Both the position numbers and the translations under genes were made by a program. Shown here in pieces: positions 19,329 to 29,718 of a stretch of DNA of 64,000 nt (positions are counted from its first letter, which is position 1; the number at the start of each line of letters is the position of its first letter). A model generated the notes under the pieces. It was not told the origin of the DNA, made no database searches, and saw only the letters and a list, made by a program, of their open reading frames with translations. The DNA comes from Candidatus Spongiisociaceae bacterium (GTDB lineage Bacteria > Actinomycetota > Acidimicrobiia > Spongiisociales > Spongiisociaceae), in contig OZ253564.1 in the NCBI GenBank assembly GCA_965262915.1, positions 3,584,001 to 3,648,000 on the forward strand, in the 5' to 3' direction.

Positions 19329-20333
19329 GTGATCAAGCATCGTCCAGTATCGAAACCGTCCGTTGTGGTCGTAGGGGAACTCGATGGACGCCTTCCCCCG
19401 GGACTCTCGACCGTCACCGACCGAGTGAACGTTCACAAGGTGGGAACAGCGTCGGAGCTAGTGAGGGTTCTGCCTGACAGTGAGATCGTGTTGCTCTGGG
19501 ACTTCAATTCTCGTCTCCTCCGACAGCACTTCCACCGAGCACGCGCTTTGCAATGGGTTCACGTCGCCGGAGCCGGAGTCGACGCCGTCATGACCCCGGA
19601 GATATCAGCCAGCGATGTCGTGGTTACGAACGCAAGAGGCGTGTTCAACCAATCCATCGCTGAAACTGTCGTAGCGATGATGCTTGTGTTCACCAAGGAC
19701 ATGCTGACAACAATCGCCCTCCAGTCAGAGCAGAGATGGGTTCATAGGGACACAGAAATGTTGGCGGGCCAGACCGCTCTCATACTTGGCGCCGGGGAGA
19801 TCGGACGGGCCATCGGCAGGGCCGTAGGTGCGCTCGGCGTCGAGGTAATCGGGGTGGCGACATCGGAACGACGTGATCACGACCTCGGGCAGGTGCGCTC
19901 CATCGAAGATCTCGACACCCTTCTACCCACTGCCGACTTCGTCGTGCTTGTCCTACCTCTGACCGACTTCACGCGCGGAATCATCGGAGCCGAGCAATTC
20001 GCATTGATGAAGACAACCGCCCGTCTCATCAATGTGGGCAGGGGACAACTCGTCGATGAAGGCGCGCTTGTCGATGTGCTGCAATCCGGATCGATAGCCG
20101 GCGCTGCGCTCGACGTATTCCAAACCGAGCCGCTGCCGTTGGACAGCCCTCTGTGGACGATGCCCAACGTCATCGTTTCGCCGCATATGTCAGCGGACTT
20201 TCACGGATGGCTCGAAGCCCTGGCAGCCCAGTTTGTCGATAACCTCGATAGGTGGCTAAGCGGTAAGCCCCTGTTCAACGTAGTTGACAAGACACTGGGA
20301 TACGTGACGGGAAGTGCGACACATCCGTCCTGA
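19329..20333 (+). CDS. D-2-hydroxyacid dehydrogenase family protein
   Basis: AGAGVD, VTNARG, ILGAGEIG, INVGRG, LDVFQTEPLP, SPHMS. Confidence 0.9.
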   Translation: MIKHRPVSKPSVVVVGELDGRLPPGLSTVTDRVNVHKVGTASELVRVLPDSEIVLLWDFNSRLLRQHFHRARALQWVHVAGAGVDAVMTPEISASDVVVTNARGVFNQSIAETVVAMMLVFTKDMLTTIALQSEQRWVHRDTEMLAGQTALILGAGEIGRAIGRAVGALGVEVIGVATSERRDHDLGQVRSIEDLDTLLPTADFVVLVLPLTDFTRGIIGAEQFALMKTTARLINVGRGQLVDEGALVDVLQSGSIAGAALDVFQTEPLPLDSPLWTMPNVIVSPHMSADFHGWLEALAAQFVDNLDRWLSGKPLFNVVDKTLGYVTGSATHPS

Positions 20334-20526
20334 CCTGACGGGATCCCGGATGCCGGCCTTGACTCGGCGAGACCTAGAGGACGGTCAAGAACGGGTCCGA
20401 TCCCGGGCATGCGATTCCGTGGATGGATTCTTCGTTGCGAACGTAACCCCGATAGGCCCTTGTCACAACTACTCCTCTCAGTTCACTCGAGTTGATAGCG
20501 ATAGGGGTAGAGAAGCCCTGTAATCG

Positions 20527-21807
20527 CTATGCGGTGGCGTCGGCGATCGCTTCGTCGAAGACCCCGGCCGCCTCCTTCACTTGGGCCTCCGAGACGATCA
20601 ACGGTGGAAGCCACCGCACCACCTGGCCGAACGCCCCGCACGCAAGGAGCAGCAACCCGCGGCGTTCGCACTGACGTCGCACCTCGGTGGCAGTGTCGCC
20701 GTCGGGTGTTCCATCGGAACCAGTGAACTCCGTCCCGATCATCAAGCCTCTGCCCCTGACATCCCCTATGATCTCGTGCCGTTCGGCGACTTCCTGTAGT
20801 TCGGCAACCAATCGAGCACCTACCGTCGCGGCGTTCTCCACCAGTCGCTCTTCCTCGATGACATCGAGGGTGGCAAGCGCCGCGGCACAAGCAACAGCGT
20901 TCCCACCGTAGGTACCTCCTTGGGACCCGGGCCAGGCTTTCCCCATGAGATCGCGGCTCGCTGCCATCGCCGCCAGGGGCATCCCGGAAGCCAACCCCTT
21001 CGCCGAGATCACGACATCGGGGACTACACCTGATCGATCATGCCCCCAGAAACTACCTGTTCGCCCGAACCCTGCCTGCACCTCATCGATGATCAGCAGA
21101 ATTCCATGACGATCGCATCGCTCCCGGAGTCCCTGGAGGAATCGATCAGGAGCCGGAACGAAGCCACCTTCACCCAACACGGGCTCGACAACCATGGCAG
21201 CCGTCTCATTGGGTGCGGTTTGGGTGGCAAGCATGAAGTCCAACTCGGCCAGGCAAAAGTCTACGGTCTCCTCCTCTTCCCAGCCGTACCGATACGCATA
21301 GGGAAACGGGGCCACGAACACACCGGCCATCAGAGGTTGAAGCCCATCTCCGTACCCCGTCTTCGAGGTGGTCATCGACAATGACGCGGTTGTTCGACCG
21401 TGGAATCCGCCGTGGAACACGATCAGGTTTGACTTGCCCGTTGCGTTACGAGCCAGGCGAACCGAGGCTTCAACTGCTTCGGTTCCGGCGCTTGCGTAGA
21501 AGAGACTATCGATCTCGCCGGGGAGCACGAGCGTCAGGCGGGCGGCGAGTTCCTCGAGAAGCGGATGGAGAATGGTGGTGTACTGGCCATGTATCAGCGT
21601 CTCGGCTTGACGCTTGATGGCCTCGACGACCTTCGGATGACAGTGTCCGGTGCTCGTAACGCCGATGCCTGACGTGAAGTCGAGGTACCGCCTGCCTTCG
21701 GGATCGAGGATGAACACACCCTCCCCCCGGGCGGCATGCACACCGGTGGCCCGCATTAGGAGGGGAGACACATGGCGAGGCTCTGCGTACGGCATGTCCA
21801 ACTCCAT
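20527..21807 (-). CDS. Class III aminotransferase (4-aminobutyrate aminotransferase-like)
   Basis: AGTEAVE, GFHGRT, EPVLGEGG, DEVQAGFGRTG, AKGLASG, GGTYGGN. Confidence 0.9.
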   Translation of the reverse strand: MELDMPYAEPRHVSPLLMRATGVHAARGEGVFILDPEGRRYLDFTSGIGVTSTGHCHPKVVEAIKRQAETLIHGQYTTILHPLLEELAARLTLVLPGEIDSLFYASAGTEAVEASVRLARNATGKSNLIVFHGGFHGRTTASLSMTTSKTGYGDGLQPLMAGVFVAPFPYAYRYGWEEEETVDFCLAELDFMLATQTAPNETAAMVVEPVLGEGGFVPAPDRFLQGLRERCDRHGILLIIDEVQAGFGRTGSFWGHDRSGVVPDVVISAKGLASGMPLAAMAASRDLMGKAWPGSQGGTYGGNAVACAAALATLDVIEEERLVENAATVGARLVAELQEVAERHEIIGDVRGRGLMIGTEFTGSDGTPDGDTATEVRRQCERRGLLLLACGAFGQVVRWLPPLIVSEAQVKEAAGVFDEAIADATA

Positions 21808-21822
21808 TCGTCGATTGTCGAC
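21808..21822 (-). promoter_or_regulatory. Putative GntR operator site 2
   Basis: Same 15-mer as 19059-19073, between a TAGAGT -10 (21838-21833) and the aminotransferase start. Confidence 0.65.
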
Positions 21823-21927
21823 AGGAGCCCGGACTCTAGCCCGACTGCCGGAGAGGCGATCCGTTAATCGGGCCGGAATCGACAGTTGTCCGAGCGATTC
21901 CCCTCGGTGCCGATAGACTTGATTCCG

Positions 21928-22776
21928 ATGCGCTTTGCTCTCAACGTTCCGAATTTCGGTGCCCTGTCCGATCCTTGGACCCTGGTGGATCTGGCAGTTG
22001 ATGCCGAACGATGTGGTTGGGACGGGTTCTTCCTATGGGATCACATACTCCTGTGGGACAGTAATCCGATCGCGGATCCTTGGATCGTGCTGGCCGCGAT
22101 CGCCGCTCGAACCGAACGGATCACGATCGGTCCGATGGTGACACCTATCGCTCGAAGGAGACCGTGGAAAGTCGCTAGGGAGGCAACGTCACTCGACCAC
22201 CTGTGCAGGGGACGGTTGATCCTCGGGGCAGGTCTCGGCAACCCGGCCGACGCCGAATTCGAAGCGTTCGGCGAGGATCCCGATCCGCATGTGCGCGCCG
22301 CCAAGCTCGATGAGGGCCTCGAGGTCACCACCGGCATGTGGAGGGGAGAACTATACGAATTCCGGGGTGAGTACAACCGGCTCGAACCCTTCGTATTCCT
22401 CCCGCGCCCCGTCCAGCAACCTCGCATCCCCGTATGGATCGCCGGTAAATGGCCCAACCGAGCACCCTTCCGCCGAGCCGCTCTTTGGGACGGGGTCTTT
22501 CCGATGAAAGTAGGTGACAGCCAGATGACCCCGGACGAGGTGGGAGAGGTGCTCAGCTACCTGTACAGATACCGTGACCCCGACAAGCCGTTCGACGTGT
22601 CCATCTTCCTGGAAGGGATGCTGAACCGCGAAGGGCTACAACCCGGGCTGATCGAGCGATTCGCCCGAGCCGGGGTGACCTGGCTGCATGACGGCCCGGG
22701 CTTCGATGATGCGACGGACGCCGGCGTCAACGCCTTCCGTCATCACATTCTGGAGGGTCCCCCGACCCTTTCCTGA
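21928..22776 (+). CDS. LLM-class flavin-dependent oxidoreductase
   Basis: AERCGWDGFFLWDH, DPWIVLAAIA, RRRPWKVARE, PVQQPRIPVW. TAGACT 8 nt before the ATG suggests a leaderless mRNA. Confidence 0.88.
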   Translation: MRFALNVPNFGALSDPWTLVDLAVDAERCGWDGFFLWDHILLWDSNPIADPWIVLAAIAARTERITIGPMVTPIARRRPWKVAREATSLDHLCRGRLILGAGLGNPADAEFEAFGEDPDPHVRAAKLDEGLEVTTGMWRGELYEFRGEYNRLEPFVFLPRPVQQPRIPVWIAGKWPNRAPFRRAALWDGVFPMKVGDSQMTPDEVGEVLSYLYRYRDPDKPFDVSIFLEGMLNREGLQPGLIERFARAGVTWLHDGPGFDDATDAGVNAFRHHILEGPPTLS

Positions 22777-22885
22777 GCGGGCGGATGCGGTCGGCTTCCT
22801 GGCACCGGACGCTGTAGACCGCGACAACTCGGTCGAATCCCGACAGTTGCGCCTCAGGGTTCCGGCCTGTAGAGTTTCCGGCGCA

Positions 22886-22904
22886 TATTGTCGACAATAG
22901 ACGA
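22886..22904 (+). promoter_or_regulatory. Putative GntR operator site 3 (palindrome TATTGTCGACAATA)
   Basis: Perfect 14-bp palindrome plus GACGA tail, downstream of a TAGAGT -10 at 22870-22875. Confidence 0.7.
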
Positions 22905-22958
22905 CCGGCGAAGAGTCGCGCGAGTCTGTCACGATTGAGCACTGGAGGAGATGGCACT

Positions 22959-24173
22959 GTGACCCTGACGCCTGTGAAAGCCCCGCCGCCACGCGGCGAT
23001 TTTGTCCACAGCACGCCGGAAGAGCGGGAGCGCCGCTTAGGTCTCCTGCGGGAGGGAATGGCACAGGAAGGCCTCGCCGCGCTCGTCGTTTGTGGTCGAG
23101 ACGACATTCGCTACCGGGGACGGACATTCTGGGTTTCCGATGTATGGCAGTTGCTGGCCGACACCCACGTCGTGATCCTACCGGAAGGTGATCCCATCTT
23201 CATCGGAGGTCAGGTGTTCGGACTCGAACAGGCCGAGCAGGCCCTTTGGCCCGGCGAGTTCAGGGTGAGCGGCCTGTCGGGTGTCGAGATCGCCGATGTC
23301 CTCAGCTCGAACGGCCTGGGCGATGCCGCGGTGGGAATCACTGGTCTCTCGGATGCTTCGTTCGCGGCTGCGCATCTCCAGCAAATCAATGACGCCCTCC
23401 CCGGGTTGGAGATCCATGACGCCACCCAACTGTTCGAGGATGCCCGGCACACCAACAGCGAAGAGGAACTCGGGTATCTGTACGCCACCTCGGAACTGTT
23501 CAACGAACTCTACGAGGTGCTCGAACCGAGTATCCGTCCGGGCATGACCGAGATAGAACTCGCCGCCGAGTCCCACAAGGTGTCTCGGGAGTTCGGGCTG
23601 CGGGATCCGATGGTTCTCATGCAGACCACACCGTATGGACCACTCAGCTTCGGCACGACCAAGGTGATCGAGAAGGACGACATCGTCACCGTATGGATCG
23701 AATCGGCCGGCCCGTCCGGGTACTGGCTGGAATACCGTCGCTGCTACAGCTTCGGCCCTCCGGCGCCCGAGTTCCAGGAGTTCTGGGACCTATCGGTGGA
23801 TTCGCTCAACGCGGGGCTGGCCGCCATGAAACCGGGAGCGATGGCGTCGGCGTTCGTGGAGGGCGTCCACAACTACCTCGTGGAGGATTCCGAATACGAC
23901 CTGGGTTACACCCACGCCACGAACCCACACTCGATGTTCAGCCTGCATGGAATCGATTGCGACGCGATCAAAGGCGTCTGGGTTCCCGGTAATGACCGTG
24001 TCCTGAAAGACACGGAGGTGGTGAACATCCACCCGACGGTCGAGTTCAAGGACCACGCAACGTTCGAGAGGTTCGGCTGGCTGGGGATCACGGACAACGC
24101 GCTGGTCACCGAGTCGGGCGGGGTCCTGATGACTCACTCGCCTGACCTGCCCGACGGCTTCAAACAACTGTGA
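22959..24173 (+). CDS. M24 (creatinase/prolidase fold) hydrolase lacking canonical peptidase metal ligands
   Basis: Creatinase_N-like start, IRPGMTEIEL, GYWLE, HGI, NIHP; GTG after GGAGGAG. Confidence 0.78.
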   Translation: MTLTPVKAPPPRGDFVHSTPEERERRLGLLREGMAQEGLAALVVCGRDDIRYRGRTFWVSDVWQLLADTHVVILPEGDPIFIGGQVFGLEQAEQALWPGEFRVSGLSGVEIADVLSSNGLGDAAVGITGLSDASFAAAHLQQINDALPGLEIHDATQLFEDARHTNSEEELGYLYATSELFNELYEVLEPSIRPGMTEIELAAESHKVSREFGLRDPMVLMQTTPYGPLSFGTTKVIEKDDIVTVWIESAGPSGYWLEYRRCYSFGPPAPEFQEFWDLSVDSLNAGLAAMKPGAMASAFVEGVHNYLVEDSEYDLGYTHATNPHSMFSLHGIDCDAIKGVWVPGNDRVLKDTEVVNIHPTVEFKDHATFERFGWLGITDNALVTESGGVLMTHSPDLPDGFKQL

Positions 24174-24211
24174 GATCAACCTTCGGCAGCAAGCACTAGG
24201 AGGCCGCCATC

Positions 24212-25000
24212 ATGCGCTTGGAGAACCGAACCGCCATCGTCACGGGAGCCGCGTCCGGCATCGGGCGTGCCATCGCCCGTCGTTTTGCGAGGGAGGGCGC
24301 CTCGGTCGTGGTGAGCGACATCCGCGAGACCCCGATCTGGGCTCCCGAAGGCGATGATCTACCGACCACGGATGCCATCCTGGCCGAGGGAGGCAGGGCC
24401 GAGTTCGTCCAGACAGACGTGAGTAGTTGGGACAGTATGGACGCCTTGGTGGGCGGAACCGTCGACAAGTCCGGCCGGCTCGACATCATGGTGAACAGTG
24501 CCGCAGTATTCGAGTCCACCAACATCCTGGAGACCACCGTCGAGAACTGGGACGAGGTGATGGCCGTCAACCTCCGGGGCCAGTTCTTCGGCTGCAAGCG
24601 GGCGGTCATGCAGATGATCGATCAGGACCTCGTCGGGGAGGTCAGGGGACGGATTGTCAACCTGTCCTCCCAGCACGGCATGATAGGACCACCTAACTAC
24701 TTTGCCTACGCGGTCAGCAAAGCCGGCATCGCACAGATGACCCGCCAGTTGGCTGTGGACTACGCCAAGCACGGGATCATGGTCAACGCCGTGGCGCCGG
24801 GACGCATCATAACGGGAACACACCCCGGAGAACCCGACATGACAGACCCGGAACTCCCCTACTCATACTCCCGCACGCCCTTCTCGAGGCTAGGCAGACC
24901 GGATGACATCGCAGGCGCAGCGCTTTACCTGGCCTCCGATGACTGCACGTTCGTCTCAGGACATAACCTTCTCGTCGACGGAGGATGGATGGCGTATTGA
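24212..25000 (+). CDS. Short-chain dehydrogenase/reductase
   Basis: TGAASGIG, NLSS, YAVSK, VNAVAPG, VDGG. Confidence 0.92.
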   Translation: MRLENRTAIVTGAASGIGRAIARRFAREGASVVVSDIRETPIWAPEGDDLPTTDAILAEGGRAEFVQTDVSSWDSMDALVGGTVDKSGRLDIMVNSAAVFESTNILETTVENWDEVMAVNLRGQFFGCKRAVMQMIDQDLVGEVRGRIVNLSSQHGMIGPPNYFAYAVSKAGIAQMTRQLAVDYAKHGIMVNAVAPGRIITGTHPGEPDMTDPELPYSYSRTPFSRLGRPDDIAGAALYLASDDCTFVSGHNLLVDGGWMAY

Positions 25001-25141
25001 GTCGGACGCGAACTGAACTCGAGCGCCAAACCCAAGGCGTCGGAGACCCCGTGGTTATTCGCTCTTCGCGGGTCGCATTGTTTTTACGGCGACTCAGAAG
25101 TTCGACCGGGAACAGACACTTTAACTAACAGGAGGTATCCA

Positions 25142-26539
25142 GTGTCAAGATGGTTCAAGAAGTGGCCAACTCTGGCCGTGTTGCTCGTCCTAGCGCTAGT
25201 GGCGGCCGCATGCGGTGAAGACGAGCCTGCCGAAACAACCGCGGCGGCCACCACCCAGGCCCAAGCGACCACGGCCGCGACCGAGGCAGAGCCGATGTCG
25301 GTCGACGAGATGCTCGCCATGTGCAATGTCGAGATACCGCAGGTCAGCGTGAACTTCGGTATGGCACCATTCGGTGACCACACCATCTACTCACATGCTA
25401 TGGCCGAGGGTTGGTTCGAGGATGTGGGGATCAACATCAACGAGAAGTTCGCGACCATCCCGTACGAACAGATCGTGGCCCTGTTGGTCAACGAGGACTA
25501 TGACTTCACGACCCAGTACGGACCCAACGAACTCCAGAGCATGCTCCGTGCCCCCGATGTACAGCAGATAACGTTCAGCGACGCCTACGTCGGCCTGTAC
25601 TTCCTTGCACCTCCTGACAGCGGGCTCGATACGGTTCCTGATCTGGTCGCATCCGGTATGAGTTACGAAGATGCCTTCAAGCAAGTCGTCGGCCAGATGG
25701 TCGGCGCGCGTGTTGCCATCGATGACACCGGGTCCCACCGCTCCTTCGTCGATGCGGTCTTCGAAGCGGGCGGTGTCACACCCGATGACTTCGCCGAACT
25801 GATAGCGGTCGACGATGCTCGCATGCTGCTCCTAGGTCGTGGCGGGCAGGCCGACTTCGTCAAGCCCCTGGGCGGCGCTCAGAACGCCGAATTGATCCAG
25901 GATGGTTGGTACCCGATCCTGGGTGCAACCGACCTGATCGCCCTGCTTCCGCCCGGTGACCCCCGGGGTGCAACCGGAATCGGCCACACTGGTTTGGGAG
26001 CTCGAGCCAGCCACTACGCAGAGGACCCCGACACGTTCCTGCGGGTCGTGAGCGTGATGTACCGCGTGATCGACGCCATCAAGAGGGACGTAGCCGAGGG
26101 TACAGATGACGCCTTGGCCAACATCCTTCCGGTGCTCGAGTCAGCTGCCGCGGTGGAGATCGGCATCGACGGTCTGAGGATCATCTACGGTCAGATCGAC
26201 CCGATGAAGTCCTTCGAGGAGCAGACGGAATACTGGGACGACGAGAACAACCCGTTCCACTACAAGAACGTCTACCGGCCCCAGATCGAGGCTGCCCAGG
26301 AAGGCGGCATCCTGCCGGCCGACCAGGACATCGACCCGTCCCTGGGGTTCGGCCTCGCCGAAGAGATCTACGACGCCCTCGTGGAACTCCGGGACAGCTA
26401 TGACTCGATGGTGTCACAGGCGGCAGGTCTGGAAGGCGCATACGCGGAGATGGCCGCTATGGCAGCCACTCACTATGAAAACCGCAACTACCTCGATGCG
26501 GCTCGCATGCTCGAGGCCGCAGTCGGAGGCGGTTGCTGA
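25142..26539 (+). CDS. ABC substrate-binding lipoprotein (NitT/TauT/NMT1-like)
   Basis: Lipobox VAAAC, Thr/Ala linker, AMAEGWFEDVGI; followed by NitT/TauT ATPase and permeases. Confidence 0.8.
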   Translation: MSRWFKKWPTLAVLLVLALVAAACGEDEPAETTAAATTQAQATTAATEAEPMSVDEMLAMCNVEIPQVSVNFGMAPFGDHTIYSHAMAEGWFEDVGININEKFATIPYEQIVALLVNEDYDFTTQYGPNELQSMLRAPDVQQITFSDAYVGLYFLAPPDSGLDTVPDLVASGMSYEDAFKQVVGQMVGARVAIDDTGSHRSFVDAVFEAGGVTPDDFAELIAVDDARMLLLGRGGQADFVKPLGGAQNAELIQDGWYPILGATDLIALLPPGDPRGATGIGHTGLGARASHYAEDPDTFLRVVSVMYRVIDAIKRDVAEGTDDALANILPVLESAAAVEIGIDGLRIIYGQIDPMKSFEEQTEYWDDENNPFHYKNVYRPQIEAAQEGGILPADQDIDPSLGFGLAEEIYDALVELRDSYDSMVSQAAGLEGAYAEMAAMAATHYENRNYLDAARMLEAAVGGGC

Positions 26540-26563
26540 TCACCCGATAGAAAGCTAGAGGCA

Positions 26564-26617
26564 GGAGGATTGGATTCCGCGGGAAACTCCGGAGCGAACC
26601 CGCGGGATCCATCTCCT
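26564..26617 (+). terminator. Stem-loop after SBP gene
   Basis: GGATTCCGCGGG ... CCCGCGGGATCC inverted repeat. Confidence 0.5.
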
Positions 26618-26761
26618 TTCCCCGTGCCCGGACAGGAAAGGGTCAGGGCAGCAACCTCCCTCTCGGTAACCAGGCCGGAGAGAGTGCGCGACTCTGGCTT
26701 CCCACTGATAGCCTTGCGAATCAGAAACGGATTGGCGAAGACCTCTGATATGGGTGCCTAG

Positions 26762-26871
26762 GAGGGTGCTGAAAAATCAATCTTGCGGGGTTCGCCGGTT
26801 GGCAAACCACTTGGTCAGAGAGTTGTAGACTGGCGAGCGAACCCCTTTGTACGGACTTTTTCAGCACCCTC
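26762..26871. mobile_element. MITE family B (110 bp, IS5/IS1182-like ends)
   Basis: Perfect 15-bp TIR GAGGGTGCTGAAAAA / TTTTTCAGCACCCTC, flanks CTAG and CTAA, internal GGGGTTCGC/GCGAACCCC stem. Confidence 0.8.
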
Positions 26872-26902
26872 CTAAGGGAGCGCGAGGGAGGCGGCTGGTT
26901 AG

Positions 26903-27772
26903 ATGCAGGATCAGGATATGGACAGTTCTCGAACAAAGGCATCGGTAGGCTCACCTGGGAACCTTGTCAAACCCACTCCCTCCGAGGGACCCTCCAAGGA
27001 CTCCCCTCCTCCTGCGATCGAACTCAGATCGGTCTCGAAGACCTTCGTCCTCGAGTCCGGCGAGGAACTCGTTGCTGTGCGGGATGCGTCGCTCATCGTG
27101 GCTCGGGGAGAGTTCGTTTGTGTGGTGGGTCCGTCCGGACACGGCAAGTCAACACTCCTGAACCTGATTGCCGGGTTCATAGAGCCGTCCAACGGTGAAG
27201 TCTTCGTGAACGGAAGGCGCGTCGCAGGACCCGGACCTGATCGGGGGGTGGTCTTCCAGCGCGACACGCTGTTCCTCTGGCGACGAGTCGCCGACAACAT
27301 CTCTTTCGGGCTCGAGGCACGCGGGGTACCCAAACAGGAGCGAAACGCCACAGTCGAGCGATATCTCAAGACGGTAGGCCTCGAGGACTTCGCCGGTGCA
27401 TGGCCTCGCCAGCTGTCAGGAGGGATGCGGCGCAGGGTGGCCATTGCAGCCGTGTTCGCCAACGAACCGGATGTGTTCCTGATGGATGAACCATTCGTGG
27501 GCTTGGACTATCTGAGGAGGGCACAACTCCACAGGGTTCTCCTGGATCTGTGGGCGGAAGGTGGCCATAGAGCGGTTTTCATGATCACCCACGATGTAGA
27601 TGAGGCTCTCGCCCTCGGCGACCGCATCCTCGTAGTCAAGGAAGGACAGATTGTCGAGAACGTCGAAGTCGCCCTTCCAAGACCACGCTCCACCTACATG
27701 ATCACCGGTGAAGAAGCATCGATCATCAGACGAAACGTCGTGCTCCACTTCGGAGATCTGGAAGTCGGATGA
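26903..27772 (+). CDS. ABC transporter ATPase (NitT/TauT family)
   Basis: GPSGHGKST, LSGGM, LMDEPF, ITHD. Confidence 0.92.
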   Translation: MQDQDMDSSRTKASVGSPGNLVKPTPSEGPSKDSPPPAIELRSVSKTFVLESGEELVAVRDASLIVARGEFVCVVGPSGHGKSTLLNLIAGFIEPSNGEVFVNGRRVAGPGPDRGVVFQRDTLFLWRRVADNISFGLEARGVPKQERNATVERYLKTVGLEDFAGAWPRQLSGGMRRRVAIAAVFANEPDVFLMDEPFVGLDYLRRAQLHRVLLDLWAEGGHRAVFMITHDVDEALALGDRILVVKEGQIVENVEVALPRPRSTYMITGEEASIIRRNVVLHFGDLEVG

Positions 27773-28689
27773 GTCAGACCGCGCAAGGGATCGAGTCGCG
27801 CTCCGACCAGACCCCCCCGCATGGAGCCCAAGCCGCCTCTAAGCGTGTTGACCCGTCTGACACGAGGAAAACCCGCCAGTGGCACCCGCTCACCCTGCTG
27901 TCCTTCTTGGCGATCATCGCCGGCTGGCAAGCAGCCTCGATGGCGTTCGGAGAAACAGTCGGCTACAAACGCGTTCCGGGCATCGAAGATGTCTCACGAG
28001 CCTTTATCAAATACGCCGGTTACTGGCAGGGCGGCTTGGGTGCCGAGTCCACCCGAACCGGAGCAGAGCCCACCAACTGGGGCGCTGCCCTGGGCCTGGC
28101 TCACAACACGCTGGTGACGATGGTGAGAACCATCGCCGGCTACACGATCGGCGCTGTCGTTGGTATCGGATTGGGGTTTCTCATCGCTTGGTCGCGGGTT
28201 GCCAGGGATCTGCTGACCTTCCCGGCTCACCTCGCACGGATGATGCCGCTCCTCGCCATGATCCCGCTGTTCGCCCTCTGGTTCGGCAACAGCGAACTCG
28301 GGGTGTTGACGTTCATAGCCTTCGCCGTGGGAATCCTGATGTTCGCCATAACGATCAACGCGATTGGCAATGTCCCGACTCACTTCTGGCAGTACGCCAG
28401 AAGTCTCGGAGCCAGTCCCCTGCGTACGTACGCTCGCGTGGTGTTCCCCGCCGCGTTCCCGCAACTCAGGGGCGGCTTGCTGCTCGCGGTGGCCTTTTCC
28501 TGGAGCGCGGCACTAGCGGCAGAGTTCCTCGGACAGCAGGTGGGCCTCGGCCATGTCCTGCAGAGCGCTCTCTACTATGCGTCGACCGATGTCGTGGCAT
28601 TGACAGGGCTAGTGGTGATCGCGTTCGCTGCCGTCACCTACCTCGTAGCGAACAGGTTGCTGGCGTGGCTGACACGGTGGGCAGAATAG
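27769..28689 (+). CDS. ABC transporter permease (NitT/TauT family)
   Basis: TM helices, EAA-like ARSLGAS, ALAAEFLG. Confidence 0.9.
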   Translation: MSQTAQGIESRSDQTPPHGAQAASKRVDPSDTRKTRQWHPLTLLSFLAIIAGWQAASMAFGETVGYKRVPGIEDVSRAFIKYAGYWQGGLGAESTRTGAEPTNWGAALGLAHNTLVTMVRTIAGYTIGAVVGIGLGFLIAWSRVARDLLTFPAHLARMMPLLAMIPLFALWFGNSELGVLTFIAFAVGILMFAITINAIGNVPTHFWQYARSLGASPLRTYARVVFPAAFPQLRGGLLLAVAFSWSAALAAEFLGQQVGLGHVLQSALYYASTDVVALTGLVVIAFAAVTYLVANRLLAWLTRWAE

Positions 28690-28786
28690 CCGAAGTATTG
28701 CCCCGATCCGATCAGGGTTCCCGTTGAGGCGTGGCCGTGGACACAGATCCGGACATCGCTCTGAACGTTAGAGAAAGGGTTCGCAG

Positions 28787-29716
28787 ATGGCCTTCCAGTT
28801 CGTCAGGACACCCGGTCCGCCACGGGATCTCGTAGGATACGGCGCCCGTTTACCCAAGGTCCGCTGGCCTGGTGATGCTCACGTCGCAGTCAACATCGTC
28901 GTGAACTACGAGGAAGGATCCGAATACTCGTTTCCTGCCGGAGACGGGGGGAACGAGCACCATGGGGGCGAGGAGAACTATCCCTTCCCGGATGACAAGA
29001 GGAACCTCGCTCAGGAAACGATTTACGAATACGGAAGCCGGGCGGGCATCTGGAGACTGCTCCGGCTCTTCGACGAGTACGGCGTGAACGCGACCATGTT
29101 CGCCTGTGCGGCAGCCTTCGAACTGAACCCCGAGGTTGCGACGGTGGCCAAGGCCTCCGGGCACGATCTCATGTCCCACGGCTGGCGATGGAGCGAACAC
29201 TGGCGCTTGAGCCGCGATGAAGAGGCGGAGCACATGCGGCTCGCCATCGAGTCCTTCAAGAGTACATGGGGCGAGCGACCCGTCGCCTGGTACTGCCGCT
29301 ACGGACCGTCGGTCCACACCCGAGACCTCGTGGTCGCAGACGGCGGTTTCGTATACGACTCGGACGCCTACAACGACGATTTCCCGTATTTTGTCACCGT
29401 ACGAGGCAGACGACACCTCGTGGTGCCCTACAGCCTCACCTACAACGACCTTCAGGGAACGCTGAGTCCGGTCGACTTTCTGGAATACCTGAAACGTGGA
29501 CTCGACGAGTTGTGGCGCGAGGGCGCCGCCGGCTATCCGAAGATGATGTCGGTAGGTCTCCATCCCCGTATCGTCGGCCAAGCCGGACGGACCTCGGCGT
29601 TGAGGGAATTCATCGAACACGGGCTGCAACTCGGCAACGTCTGGTTCGCTCGCCGCCTCGACATTGCCAATTGGTGGATAGATCATCACGAGGAGTTCAC
29701 GGGTCAGAACGGCTGA
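28787..29716 (+). CDS. PuuE-like allantoinase / polysaccharide-deacetylase-fold hydrolase
   Basis: VVNYEEGSE, YEYGSRAGIWRL, SHGWRW, YDSDAYNDD, MMSVGLHPRIVG. Confidence 0.85.
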   Translation: MAFQFVRTPGPPRDLVGYGARLPKVRWPGDAHVAVNIVVNYEEGSEYSFPAGDGGNEHHGGEENYPFPDDKRNLAQETIYEYGSRAGIWRLLRLFDEYGVNATMFACAAAFELNPEVATVAKASGHDLMSHGWRWSEHWRLSRDEEAEHMRLAIESFKSTWGERPVAWYCRYGPSVHTRDLVVADGGFVYDSDAYNDDFPYFVTVRGRRHLVVPYSLTYNDLQGTLSPVDFLEYLKRGLDELWREGAAGYPKMMSVGLHPRIVGQAGRTSALREFIEHGLQLGNVWFARRLDIANWWIDHHEEFTGQNG

Positions 29717-29718
29717 GC

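Noticed and set aside
26528-26761. SBP ends GGC-TGA with the frame open for ~70 more codons (possible selenocysteine readthrough)
   Set aside because: The downstream sequence is a terminator-like hairpin and low-information DNA ending in a MITE; no SECIS-like stem directly after the TGA, and an SBP has no evident need for Sec.
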